From positions 310,001 to 374,000 of IMG/VR virus record IMGVR_UViG_3300021057_000274: a stretch of DNA of 64,000 bases, one strand, 5' to 3'. A program made the translations under genes and the position numbers. A model generated the notes under the pieces. It ran no database searches. It was given only the letters and a program-made list of their open reading frames with translations, and was not told the origin of the DNA. This document shows positions 21,017 to 30,807 of the stretch, piece by piece. Position 1 is the first letter of the stretch. Every line of letters begins with the position of its first letter.

Positions 21017-22048
21017 ATGCGTCCTGTGGACAAGCTAACGGAGGCCGAGCTCCTCTCCGCTACGAGCCCTGAGGCGATCTTCACCGATGACGCCGACACG
21101 ATGAAGAGAGAGTGGCGCGCTCTCGTTAAGATCTGGCATCCTGACCAAAATCCCAAGGCCAATCGTGACGTGATGACTCACGTCAACAAGCTCTACGACG
21201 TGGGGTGCGAGAAGCTCAAGCTCGGAATCTGGTTCAACCCGTACGCGCTGCGCATCAAGGCGACGAACGGGAAGGAGTATGACCTCAAGTTCAAGAAGCA
21301 CCGCACCTTCGAGCTGGGTGACGTCTACATCGGGGTCAAGCAGGTCTCCTATCTCCTCGATAAGTCACCCGCCGCGGCCGCGCTCGTCGAGAACATGAAG
21401 CAAACGGTCGCGAGCTTTAAGTTCAAGGACGCCAAGATGGAGGAGCATGCTCGAAAATTTCTACCGAAGATCCTGGCGAGCGTCGAGACAGCCGACAAGC
21501 TAGTTGTCGTCCTGGCCAAGGAGCCGGACATGATCCTCCTTCGCGATGTCATCGAGCACAAGGGTGGAAAGCTCGACCCGGTGCAAGCGGCGTGGATCAT
21601 CACCAGGTTCTACAACGTCGGGTCTTATCTCGACATCATGAAGCTAACTCACAACGACCTGTCGCCCGACTCGATGTTCGTGTCACCCGACCACAAGTCG
21701 CTGGTGACCGGCTGGTGGTACGCGACGCCCCGCGGGCAGAAGATGAGATACGCCTCATCTCGCACGGTCCTCTACTCGCCGATCGACGTCACGACCTACA
21801 AGGACGCCAACCACCGCATCGACGGTGAGCTGATCAAGGCGACCGGCAGAGAGCTGTTCGGCGACCCTGCGGGCTCAGCTCTGAACTTCGATCCCAAGAT
21901 TCCGCGCCCGCTCAAGGAGTGGGCGACCTCTCCGAGCTCCGACAACATCGTCGAGGAGTTCAAGAAGTGGCAAGAGACCATCCTCAACAGCTTCGGCAAG
22001 CGTCGCTACGTCGAGCTGGACGCAAAGTTTAGCGACATCTACCCGTAA
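21017..22048 (+). CDS. J-domain fused to a degenerate protein-kinase-like domain
   Basis: WRALVKIWHPDQN (HPD); LTHNDLSPDSMFV catalytic-loop-like segment; GWWY at the DFG position. Confidence 0.7.
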   Translation: MRPVDKLTEAELLSATSPEAIFTDDADTMKREWRALVKIWHPDQNPKANRDVMTHVNKLYDVGCEKLKLGIWFNPYALRIKATNGKEYDLKFKKHRTFELGDVYIGVKQVSYLLDKSPAAAALVENMKQTVASFKFKDAKMEEHARKFLPKILASVETADKLVVVLAKEPDMILLRDVIEHKGGKLDPVQAAWIITRFYNVGSYLDIMKLTHNDLSPDSMFVSPDHKSLVTGWWYATPRGQKMRYASSRTVLYSPIDVTTYKDANHRIDGELIKATGRELFGDPAGSALNFDPKIPRPLKEWATSPSSDNIVEEFKKWQETILNSFGKRRYVELDAKFSDIYP

Positions 22049-22060
22049 AGGAGAAGCAAC

Positions 22061-22978
22061 ATGGGTTCTGGAACCTTCAATCCGCATGAGTGGGACGCTT
22101 ACCGGACCACGACGGCTCACAAGACCACCAAGGGTGTCGGCGGCATCTACAAGCGCTCGACGCTCAAGCCCGAGCTCGACCCCCGCACCTTCAAGGTGCG
22201 AGAGTCCCGCGACTCGGTCGACAACCCGCAATCGACGCCGATCATCGTCGCCCTCGACGTCACCGGCTCGATGAACCCGATCTCCGACAAGATCGCGCGC
22301 GAGGGCCTGGGCATCCTCTTCAACGAGATCCTCAGCCGCAAGCCGGTCACGAACCCGCACCTGATGTTCATGGGCTTCGGTGACGTCGCGGCGCGAGACC
22401 CAGCGCCGCTCCAGGTCTCGCAGTTCGAGGCCGACAACCGCATCGTTGACCAGCTGACCGACATCTGGCTCGTCGGCGGCGGCGGCGGGAACGATTACGA
22501 GTCGTACCACCTTCCGCTCTACTTCGCGGCGATGCACACCTCGATCGACAGCATCGAGAAGCGCAAGAAGAAGGGCTACCTCTTCACGCTCGGCGACGAG
22601 TCGGTGCCGAAGTCTCCGCTGACGCCCGACCACATCGAGACGGTGTTCGGCTACAAGTCGCAAGTGTCGCTCTCCTACAAGCAGTGCCTCGAGATGGCGA
22701 GCCGGATGTACGAGTGCTTCCACCTCGTCACCGCTCAAGGCAACCACGGCTCGCGCTTCTTTCCGCGGTGGCAGGAGGAGATCGGGCAACGCGCGCTCCT
22801 CGTCGAGGACTACACCAAGATCGCCGAGGTGATCGTCTCGACGATCCAGGTGATGGAGGGTGACAACGTCGCCGCCGTCGTCGACAGCTGGGACCCGGAC
22901 ACCTCGATCGTCGTCAAGCGCGCGGTCGGTAGCCTCGTTCCGGCGGACCTGAAGAAGCTCGGCGCCGTCAAGCTGTGA
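22061..22978 (+). CDS. vWA (MIDAS) domain protein
   Basis: IIVALDVTGSM, GGGGNDYESY, LFTLGDE. Confidence 0.8.
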   Translation: MGSGTFNPHEWDAYRTTTAHKTTKGVGGIYKRSTLKPELDPRTFKVRESRDSVDNPQSTPIIVALDVTGSMNPISDKIAREGLGILFNEILSRKPVTNPHLMFMGFGDVAARDPAPLQVSQFEADNRIVDQLTDIWLVGGGGGNDYESYHLPLYFAAMHTSIDSIEKRKKKGYLFTLGDESVPKSPLTPDHIETVFGYKSQVSLSYKQCLEMASRMYECFHLVTAQGNHGSRFFPRWQEEIGQRALLVEDYTKIAEVIVSTIQVMEGDNVAAVVDSWDPDTSIVVKRAVGSLVPADLKKLGAVKL

Positions 22979-23199
22979 GGTTCGCGCTTCTTCTCTTGCT
23001 CCCGCTTCTCGGCTGTGGGGGACCTCAGCAGGTTCACATGTCTCCTGAGGAGGTCACCCAGGTTCAATCGGCGTGCGCCGCGATGGGTCTACAGTCGGGC
23101 TCTCTTCCTAACAAGGAGATCTCGGCGGGCGTCGTCTGTTACAAGATCGCGTACCCCGAGGAGAACCAGATCATGAGATCGATAAAGAAGGGTGGCTGA
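22975..23199 (+). CDS. Small lipoprotein
   Basis: MRFALLLLLPLLGC lipobox. Confidence 0.6.
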   Translation: MRFALLLLLPLLGCGGPQQVHMSPEEVTQVQSACAAMGLQSGSLPNKEISAGVVCYKIAYPEENQIMRSIKKGG

Positions 23200-23356
23200 T
23201 GGATCCAGTCACCAAGGCGATTTTCTTTCTCCTGACGATCGTCATCTGCGGACTTCCGGCGACCCTGATGGCTCTGCGCAACAAGGGCGACCCTGTCATC
23301 GCGACCGTGATCGGGCTCTTAGTCGCCTCGTCGATGGTCAGCTACATCTCCAAGCT

Positions 23357-24508
23357 ATGAAAGCGTGCGTCGTCATCGGAGCGAACTACGGCGACGAGGG
23401 AAAGGGGCTCGTCACCGATTTTCTCACGTCGCTGACCGGCGCTGAGCTGGTCGTGCGCTTCAACGGCGGCGCGCAGGCCGGTCACACCGTCGTCACTCCT
23501 TGCGGTCGGCGGCACGTCTTTCATCACTTCGGCGCCGGGACCCTCGCAGGCGCCGCGACGTACCTGAGCCACCACTTTATCGTCAACCCTCTGCTCTTCA
23601 ACAAGGAGCACGAGGAGCTGCTGACCGACTATCGGATGCCGGTGGTCCACGTCAATCCGGAGGCCCCGGTGACGACGATCTACGACATGCTGATCAACCA
23701 GCTCGCCGAGGAGGTGCGTGGGGCCTCACGTCACGGGAGCTGCGGGATCGGGATCAACGAGACCGTTCATCGCCATGAGACGTCGGACTACAAGCTGTGC
23801 GTCGGGGACCTCTTCGTGCGTGACGAGAACGAGCGCACGACGATCCAACGCATGGTCCACATGATCGCGACCCAGTGGGTGCCCCTCCGCCTGGTTCAGC
23901 TCGGCATCACGCCGACGAGCTACTTCTCGTCGATGGTTGACTCGCTAGGAGTAATGAACAAGTGGATCCAGGAGGCTCTCGACTTCACCGACAAGGTCAA
24001 CCTAGCGGGCGAGGAGGTCATCCTGAGCGCTAAGGGCGTCATCTTCGAGGGAGCACAAGGGCTGCTTCTCGACCAAAACAATCGTGACGACTTCCCCCAC
24101 GTCACGAGATCTAACACTGGCCTCAAGAACGTCGTCGAGATCGCCGAGAGAGTCGGGATCTTCAAGCAGCTCGACGTTCACTACGTGACGCGACCCTACC
24201 TCACTCGTCACGGGGCAGGTCGGCTTCACAAGGAGTGGCCGACGCCGCCCTTCAAGGTCGACGATCAAACTAACGTTCACAACCAGTACCAAGGCGCGAT
24301 GCGTTACGCGCCGATCAGCCCGATCTCCGTCGCCTCAAGGGTACACGGAGATGTAGCTCAGGCAGAGCAGCAGAGTGACCTCGAGATTCGCCCGTACCTC
24401 GCGATGACGTGCTCGGATCACATGCCGTTCGACCCTGAGTTCTTCGACGTCAAGATTCCCCGCAGCCTGATGTCCACTGGCCCCGCCAGAAACCAGGTGA
24501 GGTGGTAG
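23357..24508 (+). CDS. purA: Adenylosuccinate synthetase-like protein (divergent)
   Basis: GANYGDEGKG, RFNGGAQAGHT, FEGAQGLLLD, PHVTRS, YLTRHGAG. Confidence 0.88.
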   Translation: MKACVVIGANYGDEGKGLVTDFLTSLTGAELVVRFNGGAQAGHTVVTPCGRRHVFHHFGAGTLAGAATYLSHHFIVNPLLFNKEHEELLTDYRMPVVHVNPEAPVTTIYDMLINQLAEEVRGASRHGSCGIGINETVHRHETSDYKLCVGDLFVRDENERTTIQRMVHMIATQWVPLRLVQLGITPTSYFSSMVDSLGVMNKWIQEALDFTDKVNLAGEEVILSAKGVIFEGAQGLLLDQNNRDDFPHVTRSNTGLKNVVEIAERVGIFKQLDVHYVTRPYLTRHGAGRLHKEWPTPPFKVDDQTNVHNQYQGAMRYAPISPISVASRVHGDVAQAEQQSDLEIRPYLAMTCSDHMPFDPEFFDVKIPRSLMSTGPARNQVRW

Positions 24509-24539
24509 TCTAGCGTCACCCGCCCTAGCGGGCGGTGCC

Positions 24540-25070
24540 GTGGAAGGTCTAGCAGTGCACATCATCAAGAACAGTGACGTCCTCTCGGACAAGGCGGTCG
24601 CCTACTTTGAGACGGTCAAGTATCCAGGCTCTAAGTTCATCCTCGACTCCTGCGTCAAGGGGGCCTGGGGGTGGACAGACTACCCAGCGGCGATCTTCTA
24701 TCAGCCCAACCCACCTCGAGGTCGACCCGAGTGTACCAACTACTTCGGCATCGTCATCAAGGGTAGCCAGATGTTTATCTGCCAAGCGATCGACATCACG
24801 ACGGTGCGCATCGACGCGGTTGTCGCAGATGATGGTGACGTCATCTGGAGCCGTTATCGCCACGATTATCGTGAGTCGAATGACGGATCGGTGTGGATCG
24901 ACGGCGGTCGAGACTACACTCGTAGCGGCGTCTTTGATCCGCATCCGAAAGGGTTTCCTCGCTTCGTCTCGCTGATCGTCGACAGGGACCAGCTTCGTTT
25001 CGCGACGGAGGCCGAGGTGTCTTGGCCATTTCAACTCACTCCCCCTGACACCACCTACACGGAGGCTTAG
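24540..25070 (+). CDS. Hypothetical phage protein
   Basis: SRYRHDY...IDGGRDY pattern. Confidence 0.55.
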   Translation: MEGLAVHIIKNSDVLSDKAVAYFETVKYPGSKFILDSCVKGAWGWTDYPAAIFYQPNPPRGRPECTNYFGIVIKGSQMFICQAIDITTVRIDAVVADDGDVIWSRYRHDYRESNDGSVWIDGGRDYTRSGVFDPHPKGFPRFVSLIVDRDQLRFATEAEVSWPFQLTPPDTTYTEA

Positions 25071-25239
25071 ATGTTCTCGTATCTCACCCTCATCATCCTT
25101 GAGCTGAATGATCGTATCAACAGCGAGCTCGACACTGGCTTGGTCATCTGCGGGCTGATCGAGCTCCTCGCAGAGATCCTCCTGCTCGGAGCATTGTTTT
25201 CTGGAAAGTGCTGAGAAGTTAGCCTCTTGACTTGAGCCG

Positions 25240-25268
25240 TTTACAGGTGAACGGATATATGTTACCAT
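25240..25268 (+). promoter_or_regulatory. Sigma70-like promoter
   Basis: TTTACA-N17-TACCAT. Confidence 0.6.
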
Positions 25269-25317
25269 TCGCCTTCATCCTGAATTTAACGTGCGTTCTC
25301 TCAATATAGCTAGATTC

Positions 25318-25965
25318 ATGAGCTGGCGGAAATATCCTCGTACTCCGCACTTCTCGTTCAGCCCAGGCGCGACCTCGGATGACAAGATCTTGCGTGACCT
25401 CTCCGCGTTCGAGGGAGTCGACGTCGTCGTCTCCGAAAAGCGCGACGGCGAGTGCACGTCGCTCTACACCAATTACTTCCACGCCCGGTCGATCGACTCG
25501 AAGAATCACCCGTCGAGAAACTGGCTACGCGCCTTTCACGCGCAGTTCGCATACAAGATCCCGGAGGGTTGGAGGATCTGCGGTGAGAACCTCTACGCGA
25601 GGCACTCGATCGCGTACGATGACCTGACAAGCTACTTCGAGGGGTTCTCGGTGTGGGACGACCGCAACGTCTCGCTCGCGTGGGCCGCGACTGAGCACAT
25701 CTTTGTTGATCTCGGGATCACTCCCGTTCCAGTGCTCTGGCGGGGCAAGTTTAACCTTCAGCGAATCAAGGACACGATCGCGGAGCTAGATTTCAAGCGG
25801 CAAGAGGGCATCGTCGTGCGGGTGGCAGGTGAGATCCCGTACGACCAGTTCGGGTTGAAGGTGGTCAAGTACGTGCGGGTCGACCACGTTCAAACCGATG
25901 ATCACTGGATGCACGGAGAGATCGTGCCCAACCGATTGAAGTTGACGAGCGGTGGAGCAGACTAA
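25318..25965 (+). CDS. ATP-dependent RNA ligase family protein
   Basis: KYPRTPH, SEKRDGE, CGEN, EGIVVR, KYVR..HVQTDDHW. Confidence 0.85.
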   Translation: MSWRKYPRTPHFSFSPGATSDDKILRDLSAFEGVDVVVSEKRDGECTSLYTNYFHARSIDSKNHPSRNWLRAFHAQFAYKIPEGWRICGENLYARHSIAYDDLTSYFEGFSVWDDRNVSLAWAATEHIFVDLGITPVPVLWRGKFNLQRIKDTIAELDFKRQEGIVVRVAGEIPYDQFGLKVVKYVRVDHVQTDDHWMHGEIVPNRLKLTSGGAD

Positions 25966-26301
25966 GAAGCCGTCGGCTCCACCACAAGTCGTCCCAGAAG
26001 CCTCGTACGATCTAGACATCGCGGCGATCGCCAAGCCGCGACAGCTCTACTTTTACTCGAGTCTCTTCGACGCTTATCTTCGGGTCTCCGAGGCCGATCT
26101 GGCGTACTTGAACGACCTCGGGCCCTTCTTGCATGAGATTCCGCCCGGCGCCAGGGTGATCAAGACGATCCAAGAGGGCATGGCCGCGCTAGTGAAGTTG
26201 AAGACGAGAGCCACGAAACCGTGGTGGGATGATCCAGATCGAGGAGATTTGCGAAGATGGCAGCCTAACTGGGGTGAATGCGATCCGGAGCCAGAAAAGT
26301 G

Positions 26302-26877
26302 ATGCCCCACAGGGTTAACGAGCGTGACAACTTCATCGGTGGATGGTACACCGAGAGGCTTGACATCTGCTCGAGCTTGATCGGCCTGTTCTGGGACTCT
26401 TCAGAGGAGCACAAGGCGGGGCTCATGAGCCGCGGGCTTGACCCGGCGATCAAGGAGTCTACCGAGCTGAGCTGCGATCAGCAACCCAAGGTGATCGAGT
26501 ACTTCAACGAGATTCTCGTGCCGACGGTCAAGCTCTACCTCGAGAAGTACCCGATGTGCGGTTATTACTCGAGCTGGGGCCTCGCGTTACCGGCTAACCT
26601 GCAGTACTATAAGCCTGGGCAAGCGTACCACGGCTGGCACACCGAGAGGTTCGCGGCGTCGGAGCCCGCGGGTCGACGACATCTCGCGTGGATGACGTAC
26701 CTCAACACGATTCACGACGAGGGCGAGACTGAGTTCTATCACCAAGGAGTCAAGGTCAAGCCCGAGATCGGGTTGACGCTCATCTGGGGAGTCGACTGGA
26801 CGTTCACTCATCGCGGCGTCCCCTCACCGACCGCTCACAAGTACATCATCACCGGTTGGTTCAACTTTATCGATTGA
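26302..26877 (+). CDS. 2OG-Fe(II) oxygenase
   Basis: YHGWHTE, MTYLN...GETEF, FTHRG, KYIITGW. Confidence 0.85.
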   Translation: MPHRVNERDNFIGGWYTERLDICSSLIGLFWDSSEEHKAGLMSRGLDPAIKESTELSCDQQPKVIEYFNEILVPTVKLYLEKYPMCGYYSSWGLALPANLQYYKPGQAYHGWHTERFAASEPAGRRHLAWMTYLNTIHDEGETEFYHQGVKVKPEIGLTLIWGVDWTFTHRGVPSPTAHKYIITGWFNFID

Positions 26878-26934
26878 GCGAGCGCTCGATCGACGCATCA
26901 CCAAGCAAAGGTAGATTTGGAAGTGAGGTAACAC

Positions 26935-27171
26935 ATGCCGTACTGGGACGTCGAGGAGCACGAGGAGAGAACTGGTGAGAAGCTCACCGAGTCGCAGCAA
27001 GAGGCGCTGAAGCAGATCTCGGACAAGCTGGCGCAAGCCGACGCCGTGATCAAGGAAGCCGAGGAGATCGCGCGCAAAAACAACCTGCCGTTCAACAGTG
27101 GCGTGCGCGGCGTCGTCGGCCCGGACTTCTTCCACGACGAAGAGTGGTCCACCAGCTCGATCGGCTGCTGA
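26935..27171 (+). CDS. Small acidic protein, paralog 1
   Basis: EALKQISDKL..A..VIKEAEEIA...WSTSSIGC. Confidence 0.7.
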   Translation: MPYWDVEEHEERTGEKLTESQQEALKQISDKLAQADAVIKEAEEIARKNNLPFNSGVRGVVGPDFFHDEEWSTSSIGC

Positions 27172-27172
27172 G

Positions 27173-27352
27173 ATGACTCAACAAGAAGCCCTCGAGGAGA
27201 TCTCGAAGAAGCTAAAGATGGCTCAGACCCTCGTCAGAGAAGCTGAGGACCTGGCGAGAAAGTCAGGAGTGTCCTTCTCCCCGCAGCTCGGTGACATGAT
27301 CAACGAGGAAAACTTCACCGACTATTGGGTTTCCTCGGATAGCTGCTTCTAA
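27173..27352 (+). CDS. Small acidic protein, paralog 2
   Basis: EALEEISKKL..A..LVREAEDLA...WVSSDSCF. Confidence 0.7.
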   Translation: MTQQEALEEISKKLKMAQTLVREAEDLARKSGVSFSPQLGDMINEENFTDYWVSSDSCF

Positions 27353-27579
27353 TGGACGAGACCCGAGCTAGAGAAGAGATCGAGAAGAAGCTCGACGAGG
27401 CACGGAAGCTCATCGAGGAGGCTGAGGCGATCGCGGACGAGGCGGGCGTCACCTTCAGTTTTGACCTCGCCTACGGAATGGGCGGCACGTACTATCCCGA
27501 CAAGGTCGCGGAGGAGCGCGGATACGTCGAGGAGGAAGATCTTGACAACGGCTGGCGCGCCAGCTCGAGGAGCTGCTGA
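27352..27579 (+). CDS. Small acidic protein, paralog 3
   Basis: AREEIEKKL..A..LIEEAEAIA...YGMGGTY...WRASSRSC. Confidence 0.7.
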   Translation: MDETRAREEIEKKLDEARKLIEEAEAIADEAGVTFSFDLAYGMGGTYYPDKVAEERGYVEEEDLDNGWRASSRSC

Positions 27580-27678
27580 TGAGCTTCATTCTCGGATGCA
27601 TCCTCGGAGCGGTCGTGGTCGCGGTGATCGTCGGCCTGATCGTGCTCAAGTTCATGATCAACGGTTGGAGAGCCTGAG

Positions 27679-28620
27679 ATGATCGCGCTGCTTGGGAGTC
27701 AAGCGCTCGTCAGACGACTCGGGGGCAACGCTCTCACGATCGGACGTGTTCCGGTTGACTGGGACGTTGTCGGACCGTACTCGGAGGTGACCGAGTTCGC
27801 TAACCGCATGCTCGGCACGATCGAAGCTTGCTACCCCACCTCGAGCGGCAATAAGCTCGTCATCAAGAAGCGCAGTCTCGATGGTGTGAGGAACGGTCTT
27901 ACGATCATCGACGCCGAGCTAGCGTGGCCCAAGGCGTCGACGACCTCATACGCTCTCTGGAAGCTGATCAAGAGCGACCCCGAGACGGTTCGACAAGACA
28001 AGGTCCTCATCCCGTCGATCCACGTGCTCTACCTCTTGAAGATGACGCATCGCTACTTGAAGAACTCGCCGCACTTCCTCAAGACGATGCGAGACATCCA
28101 CCTCCTACGAAGGCACGGCGCGGAGATCCAGCCGCAGCATCGAGACTTCTTCAAGGAGCGAGAGCGCGCGACGTACAGCTACCAGCACCCGAAGCTGAAC
28201 GTCACCAAGGGTGACTTCTTCAAGGGCGACGGCGTCGAGTACGTCTACGACCATGACTCGATCCATGAGGCGATGAAGCACCTCGACGTCCCCGCCTACC
28301 AGCTCTACAAGGCGGAGGGAGCCGAGGTCAACTGCGCGAGGGAAAAGTTCTTCGAGGCTCCAGAGCACGTTCGGCTCTACGGGGTGCTAGAGGAAACTTA
28401 CGTGCTAGCTCTCGAGCGGTCTCAGATTCCCTTCCCTGAGACTGACCCCAAGCGAAGCTTTGAGATCGCGCTGCGGAAGGTCTGCACGAGCATCACGTCA
28501 GGCTGGTTCAGAGAGTACGCCTGGGAGAGCTACGACAAGATCTGGGAGATGTATGATCCCGAGTACGTTGAGAAGTTCAAGAGGGGGATAGAGGCAGGCG
28601 TCGTGATGCCGCATAAATAG
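27679..28620 (+). CDS. Phage nucleotidyltransferase-like protein
   Basis: N-terminal LGSQAL...VDWD (GS/DxD); YVYDHDSIHE, EETYVLALER, CTSITSGWFR. Confidence 0.6.
   Translation: MIALLGSQALVRRLGGNALTIGRVPVDWDVVGPYSEVTEFANRMLGTIEACYPTSSGNKLVIKKRSLDGVRNGLTIIDAELAWPKASTTSYALWKLIKSDPETVRQDKVLIPSIHVLYLLKMTHRYLKNSPHFLKTMRDIHLLRRHGAEIQPQHRDFFKERERATYSYQHPKLNVTKGDFFKGDGVEYVYDHDSIHEAMKHLDVPAYQLYKAEGAEVNCAREKFFEAPEHVRLYGVLEETYVLALERSQIPFPETDPKRSFEIALRKVCTSITSGWFREYAWESYDKIWEMYDPEYVEKFKRGIEAGVVMPHK
28614..28619 (+). promoter_or_regulatory. Late-type promoter TAAATA
   Basis: 5 nt before the ATG at 28625; the same motif precedes other virion-type genes. Confidence 0.6.
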
Positions 28621-28624
28621 TGGC

Positions 28625-29671
28625 ATGCCTACTCATGACTTCGGCGACGGCCGCGGCGCCGTACCAGCTACCCAACACTCCAACGGTGGGGGCTGGGTAG
28701 AAGACACCGCTGTAGTCGCTTCAACCGTCTACGTTTCCGCCACTGCCGAGGTCTACGGGCAAGCGAAGGTCAGCGATAACGCCAAGCTCTACGACTCGTG
28801 CGAGGTCTTCAGCACGATCGTCACCGCGTGGGCAGGAACTACCGCGAAGAGCTTGAACGCGCTCGTGCGCCCGACGGTCAAGAACGAGTTCAACTATAAG
28901 TGCACGACAGCGGGCACTACGGGCACGAGCGAGCCGACCTGGCCGACCACGCTGGGTCAGACCGTCATCGACGGCACGGTTACCTGGACCGCGGTCACGA
29001 TCGAGCGACCGATCGTGTCTGGAGATGCTCAAGTCTACGGCACCGCCAAGGTCTCTGGAACTGCGCTAGTCCGTGATCGGGCTCAAGTGTATGACACCGC
29101 CGACGTCACTGGCGCCGCGATCATCGAGGGCGACGGCCAGGTCTATGATGACGCGACCGTCAACTTATCGGCTAAGGTCTCAGGCTTCGCGACGGTGCAC
29201 GGCACCGCGACGATCACCGACTCTGCGGTCATCACCGAAAATGCGGAGGTCTTAGGAGCGACGCCCGTAAGCGGCTCAGCCAAGATCGCCGGGGACGCGA
29301 CCGTTAACGCCGCTGAGGTCTCGGGCACGTCACAGATCTCGGGGAGCGCAGAGGTGATCGGCGGGCTCGCGAGAGTGCAAGGCGCGGCTAAGATCTACGG
29401 GTCAGCTCGCGTCCAGGGCAGCACGGTCATTCTCGGCGCAGCTCAAGTCTCTGACAACGCCCTCGTCGAGGGCACCGCGACGGTGGGCGGGGCGGCCAAG
29501 GTGAGCGGCTCAGCTCTGATCTCAGGCGCTTGCAAGATCCTAGGAGCCGCAGTCATCAAGAACCAAGCCAAGATCCGCGACACTGTCACCGTTCAGGGTG
29601 CAGCGTCGGTGGGTGGAAACGTCGAGCTGACCGGGTCACAGGTCGTCGAAGGGGTTACGGTGCTCACGTGA
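28625..29671 (+). CDS. Hexapeptide-repeat beta-helix protein, probably virion surface
   Basis: Many A.VYG/A.VSG hexapeptides with an inserted YKCTTAGTTGTSEPTWPT...DGTVTW module. Confidence 0.75.
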   Translation: MPTHDFGDGRGAVPATQHSNGGGWVEDTAVVASTVYVSATAEVYGQAKVSDNAKLYDSCEVFSTIVTAWAGTTAKSLNALVRPTVKNEFNYKCTTAGTTGTSEPTWPTTLGQTVIDGTVTWTAVTIERPIVSGDAQVYGTAKVSGTALVRDRAQVYDTADVTGAAIIEGDGQVYDDATVNLSAKVSGFATVHGTATITDSAVITENAEVLGATPVSGSAKIAGDATVNAAEVSGTSQISGSAEVIGGLARVQGAAKIYGSARVQGSTVILGAAQVSDNALVEGTATVGGAAKVSGSALISGACKILGAAVIKNQAKIRDTVTVQGAASVGGNVELTGSQVVEGVTVLT

Positions 29672-30009
29672 AGCTAAGCGAGATCACAGAGTCGGTCACC
29701 GACATCGAGCAGATCGTGCCTGACGCGAAGGATCTAGAGCGTGCAGAGGGCTTAAGCATGCGCGGCCCCACGTTTCACGGCAACAACGCGCCCTTTCAGT
29801 CCGAAGCGGTCAAGATGTCTAAGCTCATCAAGGACAAGACCAAGCTGATCCGGCGTGCGAAGGCGGTTGCCGCGACCTGGGGAACTAAGCCGATCAGGAA
29901 CGGAAAGGGAGAGTCTCAGGATGTCTGGGGACCCTTCGCGTACGCGCTCGAGAAGGCAGGGCTGACCGCCCAAGAGATCGACGCGATCTCGAAATACAAG
30001 GCTAAATAA
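29668..30009 (+). CDS. Putative head-internal protein (MKLSEITE)
   Basis: GTG overlaps the upstream stop; leader motif. Confidence 0.55.
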   Translation: MKLSEITESVTDIEQIVPDAKDLERAEGLSMRGPTFHGNNAPFQSEAVKMSKLIKDKTKLIRRAKAVAATWGTKPIRNGKGESQDVWGPFAYALEKAGLTAQEIDAISKYKAK

Positions 30010-30013
30010 GCGA

Positions 30014-30250
30014 ATGGACTTTAAGAGATACCTGGCCGAGAGCCAGAACCAGATGGCGGACAAGGTCGGTGAGATGGCCGCCGAGCTTCGGCGAGCTGAG
30101 CTCGCGATAGAAGCTAGGAGACACGATCTCGACAAAGCTACTCGTGACGAATATTACAACGGAGATGTGAGAAAGTTACAGCGTCTCTACAATGGGGCGA
30201 TTGCTGCTCTCCTCAAGCTCAGCGAGCATCTTCGTAGGAAGCCGTCTTGA
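30014..30250 (+). CDS. Putative head-internal protein (MDFKRYLAE)
   Basis: TAAATA at 30003-30008; T4 internal-protein-like leader. Confidence 0.6.
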   Translation: MDFKRYLAESQNQMADKVGEMAAELRRAELAIEARRHDLDKATRDEYYNGDVRKLQRLYNGAIAALLKLSEHLRRKPS

Positions 30251-30807
30251 AGCTAACCGATCTCAGCACCGAGCTCCTCATCTTCGAGGTGCGCCAGCGC
30301 ACCGCCGAGATGTTAGGAGAGTCGATCTCTGACTACCTGTCGATGACGATCGCCAAGATCAAGGCCAAGAAGCCAGAGGAGCTCTATGACGGCGAGGAGC
30401 CGCTGGTTGACCTTGATCGCTTGACCTCCGTCGTCTCCGCAATGCGCGTGCTCGGTAACGCCGACTTCAGGAAGGCGATCTCGAAGGAGGACATCGGCAT
30501 CAACCCGAACAACGTCAAGGAGTTCGCCAAGTTCCTCGACAGCATCCCCCGTGACGGCAAGAAGCTTCCACAACTGACCGCGGCGGTGATCACCGCCCTG
30601 AAGGGGATCGCACCGAACGTCTTCAAGAAGCAACGCGAGCAGCTTGACCGCCTCAAGTCTCAGGACGAGACTGAGCGCAAGGACGCGCTCCAGGACCTCT
30701 CTAAGTTCGCGACGCAGGTCAACCAGATCTTCAGCAAGGTACGGTCTGGCACGTCTGGCAAGAAAGATGTCTCCAAAGAGCTCGATCGAGCGGCAAAATC
30801 CGCCTGA
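30247..30807 (+). CDS. Putative head-internal protein
   Basis: MKLTDLSTE...LGE-S leader. Confidence 0.5.
   Translation: MKLTDLSTELLIFEVRQRTAEMLGESISDYLSMTIAKIKAKKPEELYDGEEPLVDLDRLTSVVSAMRVLGNADFRKAISKEDIGINPNNVKEFAKFLDSIPRDGKKLPQLTAAVITALKGIAPNVFKKQREQLDRLKSQDETERKDALQDLSKFATQVNQIFSKVRSGTSGKKDVSKELDRAAKSA

Noticed and set aside
23357-24508. PurZ / 2-aminoadenine (Z) genome
   Set aside because: The motif is GDEGKG with the PurA Asp, not the Ser of PurZ/PurZ0, and no DatZ/MazZ-like neighbours are evident
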